This document shows positions 61,369 through 64,000 of a stretch of DNA of 64,000 nt, one piece after another. The stretch's first letter is position 1. Each line of letters begins with the position of its first letter. The notes under the pieces were generated by a model. That model saw only the letters and a list, made by a program, of their open reading frames with translations. It was not told where the DNA came from and did not search any database. Location: NCBI GenBank assembly GCA_002633005.1, contig NMRA01000542.1, positions 62,001 through 126,000 of the forward strand, read 5' to 3'. Made by a program: the position numbers and the translations under genes. The DNA is from Phoronis australis (taxonomy: Eukaryota > Animalia > Phoronida).

Positions 61369-62629
61369 GTGAATAACACAAACGTTTGTTCAAAGTAGAC
61401 CATAGTCGTTAACCACCCTGTTGTTTTCTCATGTTTTATTTTCTAATAAGAAAAGTGTTGTTTCTTCAAACATTAGGTAGTGATCGTAGAGTGTATTTTC
61501 GAAAACTGTCCAGTAGTCATGGTTTCCGTTTTTATTAGTGGAGTGGGAGGAAAACGCATTTTATACGTCGTCAAAGACACAACACCGGAATTTGTTGTAA
61601 TAGGTATCATTTAGCGAGATACAATATTCTGAGAAATGTAATTCTAGCACAAAAGTTCAAAGTCAGTTTACAAATGTATTTTCTCGTACTTCTACAACTA
61701 GAGCAATTCCCTTGGTCCGTTATCAGTGTGCATGCGCCATTTCACTTCAATGGGGATTTGAAGTGAGCTTTTTTAATGAGCGTTAGAACTAAAATCTCAT
61801 CCAACGATGTCAGACCAGTGTATCTCATGCCGCACTAGATCGTAATGTCAAATTAATTATATAAATTCAAAACCCTGCATTTTCTGAACTCCATGCATCG
61901 CTTTATAAAATTCAGCCACACCGAGCTATAATAGCCAGTGATTCTGGTGCCATTTTGGTAAACAAAATTTTCATGCGCGTATAAGTAACACATTTTAAAG
62001 TTCCGACTTAGTATCCACCGTTGTTGTTCATGCTAGTGTTAAATTGAAACAGAAAATTATCTCCTGGTAGCCAAACACAGGTACTATTGCATATTATGCA
62101 GTTAACAAAGGGTACAAGTGGATCGCGTCCTTGCCTAAGTGGGCCTAAAACGGTTTTACTCTAAGACGCACATTCAGTCAAACTCGATATGCCATGACAT
62201 TCGTATGAGCTTACATTGCTTTCATTCCTCCTGTGTTGCGTTTCACTTCTCCCTTTCCAGACTACCTTGAGACCAGTTCATCAAAACTGCATGCATTTTG
62301 GAAAGCCGGTAATGAGATTGACGCAGTCTTCAAGCGGGGTACGGTCCCCTAACATAGCACAGCACGGCAACGCCGTGCTTTATTAGTTAGCTCTGTAGTA
62401 TTGGCGTGACTACCTTGTGCTGCTTATATACACTCACCCCCTTTGTTTGCATTAGACGCACACTACCACAATACTGAACTCTTAACCCTGAGACGAACCG
62501 GGCGATTAGGACAAAAGAGATGCATATAGTTTAGGATTTGTTGCAAAATAATTTTGATAACTGATGGGGTGGTGCGATATTTTTACTTGGCGAGATAAAT
62601 TTTGCTCATTGTGTTTGTCATGCGAAAAT

Positions 62630-62782
62630 CAGGGGCGGATCTAGGATTTTAAATTGGGGGGCAGGGCAGAGTATTAGCCAGGATTTTGTCCGTCAGACAT
62701 TCGCACCCCTGAGCTTCCAAATGGAATTTGGGGGAACTTTAGGGGGACCATGGCCCTTTGCCCCCCTCTAAATGCGCCACTG
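62630..62782. mobile_element. Second copy of the CAGGGGCGGAT MITE, with exact 5-bp TSD AAAAT
   Basis: aaaat|caggggcggatctagg...aatgcgccactg|aaaat; internal sequence alignable to 23005-23164. Confidence 0.88.
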
Positions 62783-63805
62783 AAAATGTTTTATTTTTTT
62801 TGTTAGTTCGCAAAATTACGGTCTCATTTTTCAACCGAATGATATGACAGTTTGCACAAAACATCTCCTTGGTGAGCTACTCGAACTAGGCTTGTGGGTG
62901 TGGAAGTCATTTTGTTTCACATTCACACTGACATGCTCATAAAATTTGCATGTTTGCTATGATGTGCTCAAAGGCAACTCATTGACAAATGAAAAGGAGA
63001 GTGGGGCCAATAATTTGTCGATAATTTTGCCGGTGAACCCGTGACAAACGGTATAGGCGTAGACCCGGGGGTAATCGAGAAAATAAAGATACAGTGAAAC
63101 AAGAAGACAGGAAACAATACGAGGAGAACATTTGTTAATTATAGTATCGTAGGAGACCTGGAACGGATATGTTTGTTAAGTATAGTACAGTGGGAGACCT
63201 GGTACGGATATGCTTGTTAAGTATAGTACAGTGGGAGACCTGGTACGGATATGCTTGTTAAGTATAGTACAGTGGGAGACCTGGTACGGATATGCTTGTT
63301 AAGTATAGTACCNGTCAGACATTCGCACCCCTGAGCTTCCAAATGGAATTTGGGGGAACTTTAGGGGGACCATGGCCCTTTGCCCCCCTCTAAATGCGCC
63401 ACTGAAAATGTTTTATTTTTTTTTGTTAGTTCGCAAAATTACGGTCTCATTTTTCAACCGAATGATATGACAGTTTGCACAAAACATCTCCTTGGTGAGC
63501 TACTCGAACGAGGCTTGTGGGTGTGGAAGTCATTTTGTTTCACATTCACACTGACATGCTCATAAAATTTGCATGTTTGCTATGATGTGCTCAAAGGCAA
63601 ATCATTGACAAATGAAAAGGAGAGTGGGGCCAATAATTTGTCGATAATTTTGCCGGTGAACTCGTGACAAACGGTATAGGCGTACACCTGGGGGTAATCG
63701 AGAAAATAAAGATACAGTGAAACAAGAAGACGGGAAACAATACGAGGAGAACATTTGTTAATTATAGTATCGTAGGAGACCTGGTACGGATATGTTTGTT
63801 AAGTA
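62692..63805. other. ~490-bp near-identical duplication (62692-~63182 and 63314-~63805) joined at a single N; likely assembly artefact
   Basis: Second copy begins immediately after the N, in the middle of the MITE; scattered single-base differences look like two alleles. Confidence 0.7.
63133..63311. repeat. 41-bp tandem repeat, about four copies
   Basis: tgttaagtatagtacagtgggagacctggtacggatatgct repeated up to the N at 63313. Confidence 0.9.
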
Positions 63806-64000
63806 ACCCATTTTTGAGATACAGATCGTCTAAATGCGCTTAAAAACCTGTCCTCAATCAATAAACTCCGAAAATTCCGAGAAAATGTTTTAGGTACAGA
63901 TTTCCAGACCAAATGGATGAAAACTATATTAAAAACGTTTTGATTTTGGTCACTTATCATTATAAGGTTGCCCTTTTTTGACAACGGAAATCTCGGATTT

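Noticed and set aside
62692-63805. Recent tandem segmental duplication in the GPCR intron
   Set aside because: The junction is exactly an N next to a tandem repeat and the differences look allelic; more likely an uncollapsed contig overlap. Long reads would decide.

Overview
AT-rich, intron-containing animal (invertebrate, plausibly mollusc/lophotrochozoan; taxon is inference) nuclear DNA. Left to right: (1) the first three coding exons of a CMTR1 (cap1 2'-O-methyltransferase) orthologue on the minus strand, running off the window; (2) head-to-head with it, a complete 8-coding-exon MTFMT (mitochondrial Met-tRNA formyltransferase, 458 aa by my exon assembly) on the plus strand; (3) a ~10.6 kb tandem array of ten minus-strand tRNA-Asn(GTT)-derived copies in strictly alternating A/B positions (four identical intact genes, six degenerate copies), interrupted by an internally deleted TTAA-targeting Kolobok-like transposon and a MITE with a 5-bp target duplication; (4) ~30 kb with no intact gene that I can see, holding a decayed Helitron RepHel fragment, TIR elements with 9-10 bp target duplications, minisatellites and a few GC-rich possible coding relics; (5) the first two coding exons of a divergent orexin/allatotropin-receptor-like GPCR. 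The N-joined duplication near the right end is probably an assembly artefact. I see no CRISPR array and cannot claim a new biological system. The best leads are the alternating gene/pseudogene tRNA array and its Kolobok-like insert. All homology calls are from recalled motifs, not database searches.
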